DNA of 40,901 nucleotides from Fibrobacterota bacterium (GTDB lineage Bacteria; Fibrobacterota; Fibrobacteria; UBA11236), in NCBI GenBank assembly GCA_043753995.1, contig JAYUVP010000027.1:1-40901 (forward strand), in the 5' to 3' direction. The notes beneath the pieces are model-generated. The model worked only from the letters and a program-made list of their open reading frames with translations. It was not told where the DNA came from and searched no databases. This document shows positions 15,426 through 25,225 of this stretch, piece after piece. The position numbers and the translations under genes were made by a program. Within the stretch, counting starts at the first letter, position 1, and the number at the start of each line of letters is the position of its first letter.

Positions 15426-17864
15426 TCAGCGGGCGACGATGATCCGGCCTTGCTTGGATTGCGATCCCGCTTTGACGCTCCAGAGATAGACGCCCGGCTT
15501 CACGGGACGACCCGCGTCATTATTGCCGTCCCAATGCGCTTGAAATCCTACGAGGTCGCGGCTGTGCAAGGTACGCACGACTTGTCCGTCTTGCCCATGG
15601 ATCCAAACTTCAGCGGAGGGTGGCAATTGGTCGAAGACCACGAAGCGATGCTCTTTTCGGAATGGGTTGGGATAAACCTTGAACGACTCCAAACCGGTTT
15701 TCGGCTTGCTGACTCCTCCTTCAAAACGGCTTACTCCGCGATTCGTTACCGCCCAGACCATGCCAGTGATGCCATCTATCGCGACATCGTAGACCACATT
15801 GGAAAGCAAGCCGTCTTCTTGTGAAAAGCGCGTGATGCGCGTGTCGCGCGCATAAAATTCGGGGACAATGCGATAAATTCCGTTTTCGCATCCAGCCCAA
15901 AGGCCGAGGGCCGGGTCTTGGGCTAGAACATGGCATTCCTTACCGTCGAAAGATTCCAGTTTATTGGGCACAATTTCAGCACCGGCCTGGGTTTCAATGC
16001 TGTCGACATAGGCCAGCTTGCCGCCTTGTAATAACCAAAGCCGTTTAAAGGCGTCTCGCTTTACACCCCAGGTATCAAAAACATCGCCGGTGGCTTTGAT
16101 GGTTTTCCAGAGTTTCAAGGTGGTGGGTCGGGTTTGGTATTGAAAGAGAAAAAGACCAGCATCGCTGCCCACGGCCAGGACACCGTCATCCAAGGTCTCG
16201 ATGACACGAGGCGAATGACCCTGATTGGCATTGTCGAAACAAGTGAAAGAGTTGTCCTGTAAGTCGAAATAGGCCAATTGATGGCCACTGCTGAATTCAT
16301 TCATGAACATGCCCAGCCACAATCCGTTTTTGTAGGGATCGCTTAAAGTATGCACGACATAAAAGCTTGGGGCGACGATGGGGAAGAGACAAGAGTCCTT
16401 GCCGACATAGGTGGAGACCTGGCCTTCCGGGGTGATTTTGTCCAAGCCCTGACCCCAAGAACCGATAAAGACATTTCCATTGGCATCCATGGTCAAATTG
16501 CGAAGCGTGCGCGTGCTGAGTTCTTCGGAAGCGTAGATTGCGAGCGGTAGATAATGAAATCCGTCCGCTTCCAGTTTATTGAGTCCCAGATAAGACTGGG
16601 TATAAACCTTGCCTCCATGGGCGGTGATATTGACTGGAGAATGTTCAGGGAAAGCTGTCGGAGCAGGCAATAATTCAAAACTGACGGAATCGCCGTCTTT
16701 GTTGGGCGTCGCGCGGAATAAGCCGTAACTTCCACCGATATAGTAGGCGTTTCCGACCTTGCCTGCGGCTTCGAGTAGGCCCTTTTCCTTGGAGTATTGG
16801 ATGCCATGGATGGTCATCCCTTTTTGCAGGAGAATTTCCACCCGTTTCGGTTCGGTCAATACCGTGCCTTCCCCATAGGTTTCGAGGTGATCCTTTTCCC
16901 AAACCAATTGCCCATACTTGCGAACAAAGGGGCCTTCCATCGTATCGGTTTCCGCTTGGGCGCGGCTTTTTGCCGCAAGCTTGAAAAACGGTACCCTGGC
17001 CGAGTCTCCTGAAGGCGGCAGAGAATCTTCAGGAACGGCCACACTGTCTCCAGGTGGCTGAATCACGATATCGACGGAGTCGAGAGGCGGGGGAATGGAA
17101 TCGTCGGGTGGCGGCTCGGTGTCGTCGGGAGGAGGTACGACCGGATCCGGCTCGGTGACCTTCACCGTGTCGATAGGAAATTCATATCGCTTCCAAATGC
17201 GAGGGTCGAAAATACTTCCATAAGGTGTGACTGATAGTAAGTCACGCCAATTCACGGCCGCGAAATACACCGCCTGGGGCGTACTGATATAAAGGGTATC
17301 GCCATGCCTCAGCACCGCGACGATGCTGTCGCCGACGGCATTGCCGAAGCGATTGAGTGAGGTCAAGGCCGCATGTTTCTTGGTATCGAAAAAGGTGAGG
17401 CCTTTGCTGGATCCCAAGACCAAATATTGTCCGCCAGCGGCTGCGGCGCGAGTCCGCATCGTCCATTTTTCGGCAGCATAGCCCTGGCCATAGGCCGTAA
17501 AGGCATGGCCGTCAAAGGAATGCACATAACCCTCTTGGGAAATAGCCCACAGGGTTCCGTCTTCAGAATGGATTAAGCTGGCGATCCTGTCATCACGCAA
17601 ACCCGAAAGGTTGTCATAGGTTTTTTCCTCCTTCGTCCTCGGATCCATGCTGCGTATGCCCCCGGTAGTGCCGATAAAAGCCCGGCCACCGTGTTCGATA
17701 ATGCTGGTAGCATGATGCAATGGCGAATAGCTTTTCCAATCGCCGATAGCGGCTTGCGAGGCCGAAGCGAGGATGCCAATAAGGAAGGCAGCCAGGGCAA
17801 AACCCCATCGGAAGCGAGCGAAAAAAATCGGGGACAGGGCGGGTCTTAAACTGGAGGGCATCAT
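15426..17864 (-). CDS. porZ: PorZ-like two-propeller protein with FlgD/T9SS type A CTD
   Basis: Signal peptide then IGDWKSY; repeated propeller blades (LSGLRDD.I, DGTLW, GNVFIGSWGQGL, DGLLSNVVYDVAID..TG.VWAVTNRGVSRF); CTD FKVYPNPF…WDGNNDAGRPVKPGVYLW…GRIIVAR. Confidence 0.7.
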   Translation of the reverse strand: MMPSSLRPALSPIFFARFRWGFALAAFLIGILASASQAAIGDWKSYSPLHHATSIIEHGGRAFIGTTGGIRSMDPRTKEEKTYDNLSGLRDDRIASLIHSEDGTLWAISQEGYVHSFDGHAFTAYGQGYAAEKWTMRTRAAAAGGQYLVLGSSKGLTFFDTKKHAALTSLNRFGNAVGDSIVAVLRHGDTLYISTPQAVYFAAVNWRDLLSVTPYGSIFDPRIWKRYEFPIDTVKVTEPDPVVPPPDDTEPPPDDSIPPPLDSVDIVIQPPGDSVAVPEDSLPPSGDSARVPFFKLAAKSRAQAETDTMEGPFVRKYGQLVWEKDHLETYGEGTVLTEPKRVEILLQKGMTIHGIQYSKEKGLLEAAGKVGNAYYIGGSYGLFRATPNKDGDSVSFELLPAPTAFPEHSPVNITAHGGKVYTQSYLGLNKLEADGFHYLPLAIYASEELSTRTLRNLTMDANGNVFIGSWGQGLDKITPEGQVSTYVGKDSCLFPIVAPSFYVVHTLSDPYKNGLWLGMFMNEFSSGHQLAYFDLQDNSFTCFDNANQGHSPRVIETLDDGVLAVGSDAGLFLFQYQTRPTTLKLWKTIKATGDVFDTWGVKRDAFKRLWLLQGGKLAYVDSIETQAGAEIVPNKLESFDGKECHVLAQDPALGLWAGCENGIYRIVPEFYARDTRITRFSQEDGLLSNVVYDVAIDGITGMVWAVTNRGVSRFEGGVSKPKTGLESFKVYPNPFRKEHRFVVFDQLPPSAEVWIHGQDGQVVRTLHSRDLVGFQAHWDGNNDAGRPVKPGVYLWSVKAGSQSKQGRIIVAR

Positions 17865-17934
17865 GGGGATGCGGGCAATCTACCAAAAGGCCTGCTTGCC
17901 GCCCTCCGGTTCTGGTTTTAGGGCTCCGTGGGCT

Positions 17935-19077
17935 TCAGGGGTTTTCCAGCCAGGGCCCAGCCCATTCCCTAGCACAAGGGGGCAAGGTCGCCCGATGTCC
18001 GCAAACGATTAAAGGCGCCGGAGCCAGGTCCGGGCCTTGCCAAGTCCCCACCCATCCTTTGGCGCCATCGCCGACTTCAGCAGGGGAAAGCAATTTCATG
18101 GCATCGCGCGGGCTGCATATCCATTGCAAATCTTTGCCCAGTCGACTTTCCCAGCCTAGGCGCTGTCGCGCCGGAAAGCCGCGGTGATTCGCCACTTGCC
18201 AATGCGCCACCACCTTCACGTTTTGTTTTTCCAGAAAGTCGAAAAAGGCCTCGGCTTGCCCATGCCCGCATAAGGCGACCGTCGGTCTTTTTTTGTCCCA
18301 ACCGGTCAGCGGTAAGTGAAGCTCTCGCCTCCAAGCCTTGCCCTCTTGAAAAGTTTGCCTTCCCGGGTCGCCGGCCTGGGCGGAATGCAAAATCAAATCG
18401 CCGGGCCGCAGCAAAGCCATGGTGCCGCGATAGTCTCCCGATGGAAATAAATCGCGCCAGCCGGGATTTTCTCCGGTTTCCAAAAGCGCCAGGCGCTTCA
18501 CCTTGCCGCTCGGCGTATCGACTAGGCGCGGATCAAATAGGCCGTCATCGCTGAGCAGGAATTGCAAATCGGGAAGGGTCCGCGCCAATTCTTGCCAAGC
18601 GCGCAAGCGATGGCGCGTGACGAAAACGCGCGCACCCGGATTCATGTGCTTCATCAATAGCGCTTCGTCAGAAAAATCCGGCCAATGACTTTGAAGCGAT
18701 ACTTCGCGTAAAAGCGGAAGCGATTTCATCGCGAGCCTGGGCAGGACTTGCTCCGGGCTATCATAAAGCAAAACGGCCGTCGATCGATTTCGCGCCAAGG
18801 CCATTTCGGCTAAGGCCGCCGTCACCGAGGTTTTGCCCGAGCCTCGCAGCTTGAGGCCGCCCACCACCAGCAGGGGAGGACGTGGATGGCCTTCCGGCGT
18901 CTGCCTTGCACGTGTTGATTGTCGCCGCAGCCAGGCCTGATGCAAAACAAGGCATAGTGCATGGAGGGCGCTCAGGGGGTATAGGACAATCACCCGCCAT
19001 CCGCGTAGAAGGAGCCGACCCAGGTTCTCCATCGGCGGTCCCTCAAACTTCGCCAATACCTTCTCCTCGCTCCTCAA
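17935..19077 (-). CDS. lpxK: Tetraacyldisaccharide 4'-kinase (divergent)
   Basis: LYPLS N-terminal helix; P-loop VVGGLKLRGSGKT; SDEALL; LLSDDGL; FPSG.YR; ALCGHGQAEAFF; NHR; SPRDAMKL, all colinear with LpxK motifs. Start may be ATG 19032. Confidence 0.7.
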   Translation of the reverse strand: MRSEEKVLAKFEGPPMENLGRLLLRGWRVIVLYPLSALHALCLVLHQAWLRRQSTRARQTPEGHPRPPLLVVGGLKLRGSGKTSVTAALAEMALARNRSTAVLLYDSPEQVLPRLAMKSLPLLREVSLQSHWPDFSDEALLMKHMNPGARVFVTRHRLRAWQELARTLPDLQFLLSDDGLFDPRLVDTPSGKVKRLALLETGENPGWRDLFPSGDYRGTMALLRPGDLILHSAQAGDPGRQTFQEGKAWRRELHLPLTGWDKKRPTVALCGHGQAEAFFDFLEKQNVKVVAHWQVANHRGFPARQRLGWESRLGKDLQWICSPRDAMKLLSPAEVGDGAKGWVGTWQGPDLAPAPLIVCGHRATLPPCAREWAGPWLENP

Positions 19078-19193
19078 GAAACCCTGCCGGGGTGGATAAT
19101 CATGCGTAACCGAGCGAGCCAGAACATTTCGCTAAGGTAGCCGCCTGTTTGGAACCGATGGGACCTTGGGCGGCGGAGAAAGGCAGATCCACC

Positions 19194-20174
19194 ATGGGTG
19201 TAGAAGAGTTGATGCGCAAGCGGCTAGAGATCTTGCTGGGTGATGAGGAAATGGTGACGTCTTACTTGCGCACCTATGGTCCTCAAATTGACTTGGCCAA
19301 GGTGAATTTATTGAAAGAATCGCGCCGCAAGGTGGCGGCCGCTGCCGCCAAGCCCGATGCCGGAGGTTCCGACGATCCAACCTATACCGTGCAGGTGAAA
19401 TGCCCGATATGCGGCATGGCGGGCATTACCTGCTATGAGTTGAAATCCAAATCCCTGGCGGTGATCACCGATCGCTTTTTCGTTCCTCGCTATGCGCCAG
19501 TGAGAGGTTTCCTCAATTTGAATTACAATCTCTATGCCGTCACAGTTTGTCCCAAATGTCTTTTCGCCTCTCCCGACAAAAAGGATTTCATCACCTGGTC
19601 CATACAGACCAAGTCGGATGTGAAATCGCAGCTAGGCCCCTTTGTCTTGGAAGAGCTGAAAAATCGCCTCGAAACGCGCAAGAAAATGCTAGAGGGCGTG
19701 ACCGACTATGCCAAGCATTTCGTCCATCCCCGCACCATCGCTTCGGCTGTCGACAGTTTGCGGCTAGCCATCCATCGCGCCTTGGTCGAGACCACCTTGG
19801 ACGTGCCGCTGTCCTATTACAAGGCTGCCATGTATCAACTGAAAATAGCGCTCTTCATGCGAGATGCCGGTAAGGACGATGAGTCCGTCGTCAAAGAGGC
19901 CTTGCCGCTATTGATGAAGGCTTTTGGCCGCAATGAATCGGCGAATCCTGATTTCGAGTATCAAATGCTGAATGCCCTGGTGGCCATGAACTTGCGCTTG
20001 CAGAACTTCGAAGGAGCGCAAAGTTATCTCGGCGTTTTGGAAAAACTGAAAACCGAGCGCTTGAAGGCAGTTCAGGAAGATCCTTCGATCAAGGTAGGCG
20101 CGGTAGAGAAGTGGGTCGATGCCACCAAGGATATGTGGACCAATCGTGAGGATCCCGATTTGTGGAAGCATTGA
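19194..20174 (+). CDS. DUF2225-family zinc-ribbon/helical protein
   Basis: VKCPICG and VTVCPKCLFAS followed by TPR-like helices; ATG 19194 follows a purine-rich RBS (GGAGAAAGG). Confidence 0.75.
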   Translation: MGVEELMRKRLEILLGDEEMVTSYLRTYGPQIDLAKVNLLKESRRKVAAAAAKPDAGGSDDPTYTVQVKCPICGMAGITCYELKSKSLAVITDRFFVPRYAPVRGFLNLNYNLYAVTVCPKCLFASPDKKDFITWSIQTKSDVKSQLGPFVLEELKNRLETRKKMLEGVTDYAKHFVHPRTIASAVDSLRLAIHRALVETTLDVPLSYYKAAMYQLKIALFMRDAGKDDESVVKEALPLLMKAFGRNESANPDFEYQMLNALVAMNLRLQNFEGAQSYLGVLEKLKTERLKAVQEDPSIKVGAVEKWVDATKDMWTNREDPDLWKH

Positions 20175-23086
20175 GGGCTCCGGCGCGAATAAGTTTGTCA
20201 CTCCTTCGGGTGGCGACTTTTCTTGTCGCCGGTTTAGCGGTTTTCGCGCAATCCCAAGGCCTGGACGTCAGCGGTTTTACCAGCCTGGATGGATCGGCAG
20301 CGGGGTCCACGTCCATGTCCTGGCTGAGACTTCCCGTGGGCGCGCGCAATGTGGCCATGGGCGGGCACAGCCTCACCACCGACGAAGAAGCCACGGCCCA
20401 AATCGACAATCCCGCCATGGTGGCCCAGGCCGCCAATTCGGACTATGCCCTGTCGCATTCGGAAATCCTGGGGGAATTCCGCGTCGAGCGGCTTTCCCTC
20501 GCCATGCCCTGGCGCTACGGGGGAAACCTGGGAGTTACGGTAGGGGCCATGTTCACGGGGGCCTTCGAGAATGCCCGCGACATTGACGAAGAATCAACCC
20601 AGCCTTCGGCGGGCGATTTGCTCGTGGGTGCTGCCTTCGGTCGCAATTTCCTTGATGGGCGATTGGCTTTAGGCGCGCGTCTCGACCTTTATCGCAGCGC
20701 TATCGAAGACGTCTCCGCTTATGGCGGTGGCTTGGGCCTTGGGGCTACCCTGGCTTTAGGTCTAGACTGGCGCCTCGCAATGGCATTACGCAATATCGGG
20801 CCTGGCCTCGCCTATGACACGCCTGAGAGCGAATGGCAGGGACAGCCCATGGCCTGGAATCTCGAAATCGGCAAACCTTTATTTCTCGACTCCTGGTCGA
20901 CGCATCTTGGCTTGGAGCATGAGGCCAATGGCGTCCTGCGTTACTATGCGGGAGGAGAATGGTTTTGGCGCGACCTCTTGCTTTTCCGGCTTGGCTATGA
21001 AGGGGCAACCCAAGATCGGGAAATCGACGCCTTAGCCGGCATCTCGGCCGGAATGGGTGTGCGATGGGAGGGCATTACCGTCGACTATGGCTTCAAGCAT
21101 TTCGGCTATTTGGGCGCCTATCACGCCTTCGGCTTGTCTTATGCCAAGAAATTAAAAGATCGGCGCAATGATGAATTTCTTTTGCGCAAGGCCAAGGCCA
21201 GTTATGCCGAAGGGGATTATCATCGCGCATTTAAACTGACTAAGCGCGCCTTGGGATATAACCCCAAGAATTATCAGGCCCAAGCCTTCCTAAGCATAGT
21301 CCTTGCCGATTTGGAGCGCCTTGACGAGCGGGCCATCTCTATTCTTTTCACTGCCAATACCCACGGTAATCTCGCGCCGCAATGGGTGGCGGGCAAACCG
21401 CTGGGGGGCTTGGCCCGAAGAGCCGCCAAGCTCAAGGAATTGCGCCAATCCTATCCCCACAATGTGCTCATCGACGCCGGGGATTTGCTCACCGCCACCG
21501 CCAAGGACGAGACGCGCGGCTTCATGGCGGCGGCGTACGCCCACATGAAATACGATGCCATCGGCGTGGGGCCCTTGGAAATGGCGCGCGGCAATGCCTT
21601 GCTGGGAAATGACTTGCCCTTTATCGCCAGCCAAGAGCCATGGTCGAATTTCGGTGGCGGGGTTTCCGCCTCCTATGGCAAAAAACTTCCGAGCGGTGGC
21701 AAATTGATTTTGCTTTCCATCAGCCTGGACGCGCAGGCGGCACAAGGGGAGCCTCTCGAAGAAGCCGAAGCCGCCTTGATCCGGCATCTCGATAAGGTCG
21801 AGGATCGCGATCTCGTGGTGGTGATGGCCAATGGCACCTTGCAAAGGGCTTATTTGCTGGCGCAAAAAGTGGGTCGCATCGATATCCTCGTGATGTCGGG
21901 AGAAGGGTCGCCACTGCAAGTTCCCATGCAGGTCGGCCGCACCTATTTGGTTTGTCCTGGTCGTGACGGTAATTATTTGGGGCAGTTCAGCCTCGTCTTC
22001 GACAAAGCCGGCAAGCGCAAAAGCCATAATCATCGACTCATCGCCCTCGATGCCAAGGTTCCCGAAGACGAGGCGGTGGCGCGGCTGCTCAGCGCCGCCA
22101 TCGTCAATCTCAATAAGACCTTATTCGGCGATGGCGAGCTCGAACTCACGGCCAAGGTTCTGCCCTATGTCGACGATAGCGCCGAGGTGAAGGGTCGATT
22201 GCATCTTGTCGATCTCATCACCGGCGCTACCTATGACTTGCCGACCGTGGGCCTGCCTGTGGCCGAGCCCGCCGTGGCCTGGGGCCGCAATCTCATCGCC
22301 TTCACCAGCGCCACCGAGGGCGGAGCCCGTGAGCTTTTTGCTTTCACTCCCGGCAAGGACTCGCTGGATACCTTGACCGATCAAGGCGGCGCCATGAGCC
22401 AGGAGATATTCGGCTTACGGGGCAAGGCGGTTTTCGCCCTTTACCAAAACGGAGATCAAAGTGATCTGGTACGAATAGATCCTTGGCGTCACGAAATGAA
22501 TAATTTGACCCAGGGCCGTATGGGGTATGTGCGGAGTTTCGCCCTTTCTCCCCAGCAAGACCAATTGATTTTTGCCGCACGCCTGGGGAATGATGACATC
22601 ATCACCCTTTCCGGCGCCGACCTTTCTCAACCGATGGAAGTCGCCAAGGTTCCCTATGTCGTAGGCCGCATGGCCTGGAGCCCTGACGGAGAGAGCTTCG
22701 CCTTCCTCGAAGGGCAGGAAGGCGACACCACCGGGGAAATTGAAATTTACGATATGCGCTTAAAAGGCCTACGTACCTTGACCGGCGGCAGTTCGGTGCA
22801 TGAATTGGCTTTTTCTGCGGACAGCAAACAACTTTATTTCACCGCCGGCACCACGGTTTCCGATTTGAATGCCGCCGATTTAGAGACCTTGGCTTTGAAA
22901 AAGCTCACCTCCCAATCCTTGACCTTGCGCAGCGAGCGCCATCCCGTAGTGCGCAACTTGGACGGCAGGGAAATGCTGATCTTCCTAGCGGAAGACAAAG
23001 AGGGCCGCCGTATCTTGGCCATCGATCCACAAAGCCAAGTCGAGCGCGAAATTCTTTCGCCGCGTCCAGGTCTACGATTGAAATAG
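20162..23086 (+). CDS. PorV/PorQ (UPF0164)-like beta-barrel fused to TPR, degenerate 5'-nucleotidase-type metallophosphoesterase domain and TolB-like propeller
   Basis: WLRLPVGARNVAMGG…NPA (PorV-type N-terminus); barrel ends GAYHAFGLSY; TPR (AKASYAEGDY..A…ALGYNPKN); ILFTANTHGNL…GGLARR…LIDAGDLL…YDAIGVGPLE; WSPDG/FSADS repeats. TTG 20171 overlapping the DUF2225 stop is an alternative start. Confidence 0.75.
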   Translation: MEALRAPARISLSLLRVATFLVAGLAVFAQSQGLDVSGFTSLDGSAAGSTSMSWLRLPVGARNVAMGGHSLTTDEEATAQIDNPAMVAQAANSDYALSHSEILGEFRVERLSLAMPWRYGGNLGVTVGAMFTGAFENARDIDEESTQPSAGDLLVGAAFGRNFLDGRLALGARLDLYRSAIEDVSAYGGGLGLGATLALGLDWRLAMALRNIGPGLAYDTPESEWQGQPMAWNLEIGKPLFLDSWSTHLGLEHEANGVLRYYAGGEWFWRDLLLFRLGYEGATQDREIDALAGISAGMGVRWEGITVDYGFKHFGYLGAYHAFGLSYAKKLKDRRNDEFLLRKAKASYAEGDYHRAFKLTKRALGYNPKNYQAQAFLSIVLADLERLDERAISILFTANTHGNLAPQWVAGKPLGGLARRAAKLKELRQSYPHNVLIDAGDLLTATAKDETRGFMAAAYAHMKYDAIGVGPLEMARGNALLGNDLPFIASQEPWSNFGGGVSASYGKKLPSGGKLILLSISLDAQAAQGEPLEEAEAALIRHLDKVEDRDLVVVMANGTLQRAYLLAQKVGRIDILVMSGEGSPLQVPMQVGRTYLVCPGRDGNYLGQFSLVFDKAGKRKSHNHRLIALDAKVPEDEAVARLLSAAIVNLNKTLFGDGELELTAKVLPYVDDSAEVKGRLHLVDLITGATYDLPTVGLPVAEPAVAWGRNLIAFTSATEGGARELFAFTPGKDSLDTLTDQGGAMSQEIFGLRGKAVFALYQNGDQSDLVRIDPWRHEMNNLTQGRMGYVRSFALSPQQDQLIFAARLGNDDIITLSGADLSQPMEVAKVPYVVGRMAWSPDGESFAFLEGQEGDTTGEIEIYDMRLKGLRTLTGGSSVHELAFSADSKQLYFTAGTTVSDLNAADLETLALKKLTSQSLTLRSERHPVVRNLDGREMLIFLAEDKEGRRILAIDPQSQVEREILSPRPGLRLK

Positions 23087-23791
23087 GCGAAATAATCCCA
23101 CGAATTCCGTGATATGGGTGTGGTAAATCCCGCCCTGGATGAATTCGAGGTTCAATCGCATTTTCAAAAACCGCTTCCAACCGTTGGGAGTCATGAAATG
23201 CCAGCGGTGGCAGGGGTCGTCGTCGTAACCTAGCGGCAAGGCGATGAGAATATGGGTTCGTTCCGCGGAGACCCGCCGCAATTCGGTTTTCAGTCTGCCT
23301 ATGGCCACGATATGTTCTAAAACATGGAGGGCGACGATCAAATCAAAACGATGGCTTTTGAAAGGCAAGGCTTCCGCCGAAGCATTGGTGAAATGCAAAT
23401 CGGAGCGGCGGGAAGGGCGTAATTCCTGGCGGCGAATTTCCATGCCGAAGCCTTCGGCAATCCTTTTGCGTTGGAGAAGATGTTCGAGAAACCAGCCGCT
23501 CTCGCAGCCGATTTCCAGGCAAGCCCGGTAATTTCCGGGGAGTAAATCCATCCTCACCTGCAATGAAGCTTGCTGCGAAGCTTCTCTTTCTTCCGAGGCG
23601 GGGACGCTTTGCATATAGGCTTGATAGGCTGTTTTTTGTTCTTGATGCAGGCGAATCAATTCCGCAGGGGTGCGCGGTTCGTGACGAGGAAAGCGATTGC
23701 GGTATTGGCAAAGAAAGGCGCGCCGACACCAGCGCATTCGATAGCGCAGAGATTCCGCCAAATAGGCCGACAGTTTGCGCATGTCCACCAT
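23072..23791 (-). CDS. Class I SAM-dependent methyltransferase
   Basis: CLEIGCESG; AEALPFKSHRFDLIVALHVLEH. Confidence 0.75.
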   Translation of the reverse strand: MVDMRKLSAYLAESLRYRMRWCRRAFLCQYRNRFPRHEPRTPAELIRLHQEQKTAYQAYMQSVPASEEREASQQASLQVRMDLLPGNYRACLEIGCESGWFLEHLLQRKRIAEGFGMEIRRQELRPSRRSDLHFTNASAEALPFKSHRFDLIVALHVLEHIVAIGRLKTELRRVSAERTHILIALPLGYDDDPCHRWHFMTPNGWKRFLKMRLNLEFIQGGIYHTHITEFVGLFRLFQS

Positions 23792-23872
23792 GATCGCATA
23801 GTTTGCGAGCCCGCGGAAGAAAAACCCGCACCGGGCTCTTAGGGAAGCCCCCCGTTACCTAATTTTTGCCGC

Positions 23873-25225
23873 TTGTCTAACGCCATCGGTTTACCCTCCC
23901 GCCAAGCCGCCTTGCGCGTGCTCCTCGATCAAGAACGCTCCGGCGCATTTTTGAAAGAGCTTTTCCCGTCGGCCTTAGCCGGCTTATCAGGCCAGGATCA
24001 GGCCTTGGCGCGCGCCTTGGCGCTTGGCGTTTTGCGTCATCGCAGCCTGCTGGATTATCATATCGACCGCTTGGCGCCCAAGGGTGTCTCGCATCCCGGC
24101 CTGCGTAGCGTGCTGCGCTTAGGGGCTTTGCAAATCCTGGTCATGAATGGCATACCCGTGCATGCCGCCGTCGACACTTCGGTGGAAATCGCGCGCCTCA
24201 AATTCGGCAAGCCCCTGAGTGGCTTCGCCAATGCCCTGCTCAAAAATTTATCGCGCCAGGGTTTGCAATTGCCGCCGGGCCAAGACGCCAAGGCATTGGC
24301 CATCGCGTCTTCCCACCCCGAGTGGCTGGTGCGCCGCTGGAGCGCAGCCCTTGGCCCTGAAGCGGCAGCGCTGGCCCTGATTCGAGGTAACCAGGAAGCG
24401 CCGACATGGTTGCGCGTCAACCCGCTCAAGGGGACCGTGGCCGAGGCTAAGGCCGCCTTGGCTGAGGCGGGTTTAGCCGCCGAAGAAGATGCTCTCGCCC
24501 CGCTTTTTTTGCGCGTCACGGGCGGGGCCGATGTGGTTTTATCGCATCGGCTTTTCGCGGAGGGAGGCCTGAGCTTTCAGGATCCCGCAGCCTATTTCGT
24601 CGCCCGTCTTTTGCAGTGGCAGCCTTCGCTCACCGCCCTGGATTTATGCTCGGCACCCGGCGGCAAAGCGGCCTTGTTATTGGAAATGGCCGCCGCCGAG
24701 GGCCATGATTTAAATGGCGCGGGCGTGATCTGCGCCGATCAGAGCTGGCGCCGCATGCGCTCGATTCGCGATGCCCGCGATCGTCTCGGTCATCGACGCG
24801 GGGGCGGCGAACTTTGGCCCTTGGTGCAGGACGCCCTGAAGCCCGCCCTCAAGCCGACCTTCGATCGCGTGCTTGCCGACGTGCCTTGCTCCAACCTGGG
24901 CGTCATCGGCCGTCGTCCCGAGGCGCGATGGCGGGTGCAAGAAAAAGATTTGTCAGACCAAGGCGGGCGCCAGCTCGCCATATTGCGGCATGCCTCCACC
25001 CAGGTAGCTCCCGGGGGACGTCTCGTCTATGCGACGTGTAGCCCCGAGCCTGAAGAAACTAGCCAGGTGATCGCGGCCTTTTTGAGGGAAAGCGCCGATT
25101 TTTCTCTGGACGATGCGTCCGCGGTTTTGCCAAAGGAATTGCTAAGGCAGGGATGCCTGCACCTTTATCCCGGAGAAACTGACTATGACGGTTTTTTCGC
25201 GGCGGCCTTGCAGAGGAAGAAATGA
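23873..25225 (+). CDS. rsmB: 16S rRNA m5C967 methyltransferase RsmB/Sun
   Basis: NusB-like N-terminus (LRLGALQI, HAAVDTSVE, FANALL), SHPEWL, LRVN, FQD, DLCSAPGGK, DVPCS, YATCS, DGFF. Confidence 0.9.
   Translation: MSNAIGLPSRQAALRVLLDQERSGAFLKELFPSALAGLSGQDQALARALALGVLRHRSLLDYHIDRLAPKGVSHPGLRSVLRLGALQILVMNGIPVHAAVDTSVEIARLKFGKPLSGFANALLKNLSRQGLQLPPGQDAKALAIASSHPEWLVRRWSAALGPEAAALALIRGNQEAPTWLRVNPLKGTVAEAKAALAEAGLAAEEDALAPLFLRVTGGADVVLSHRLFAEGGLSFQDPAAYFVARLLQWQPSLTALDLCSAPGGKAALLLEMAAAEGHDLNGAGVICADQSWRRMRSIRDARDRLGHRRGGGELWPLVQDALKPALKPTFDRVLADVPCSNLGVIGRRPEARWRVQEKDLSDQGGRQLAILRHASTQVAPGGRLVYATCSPEPEETSQVIAAFLRESADFSLDDASAVLPKELLRQGCLHLYPGETDYDGFFAAALQRKK

Noticed and set aside
21340..21430. 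Selenoprotein (UshA-like CxU) motif in the metallophosphoesterase-like domain
   Set aside because: The frame is open with no TGA and no Cys pair (reads LAPQWVAGKPLGGLARR).
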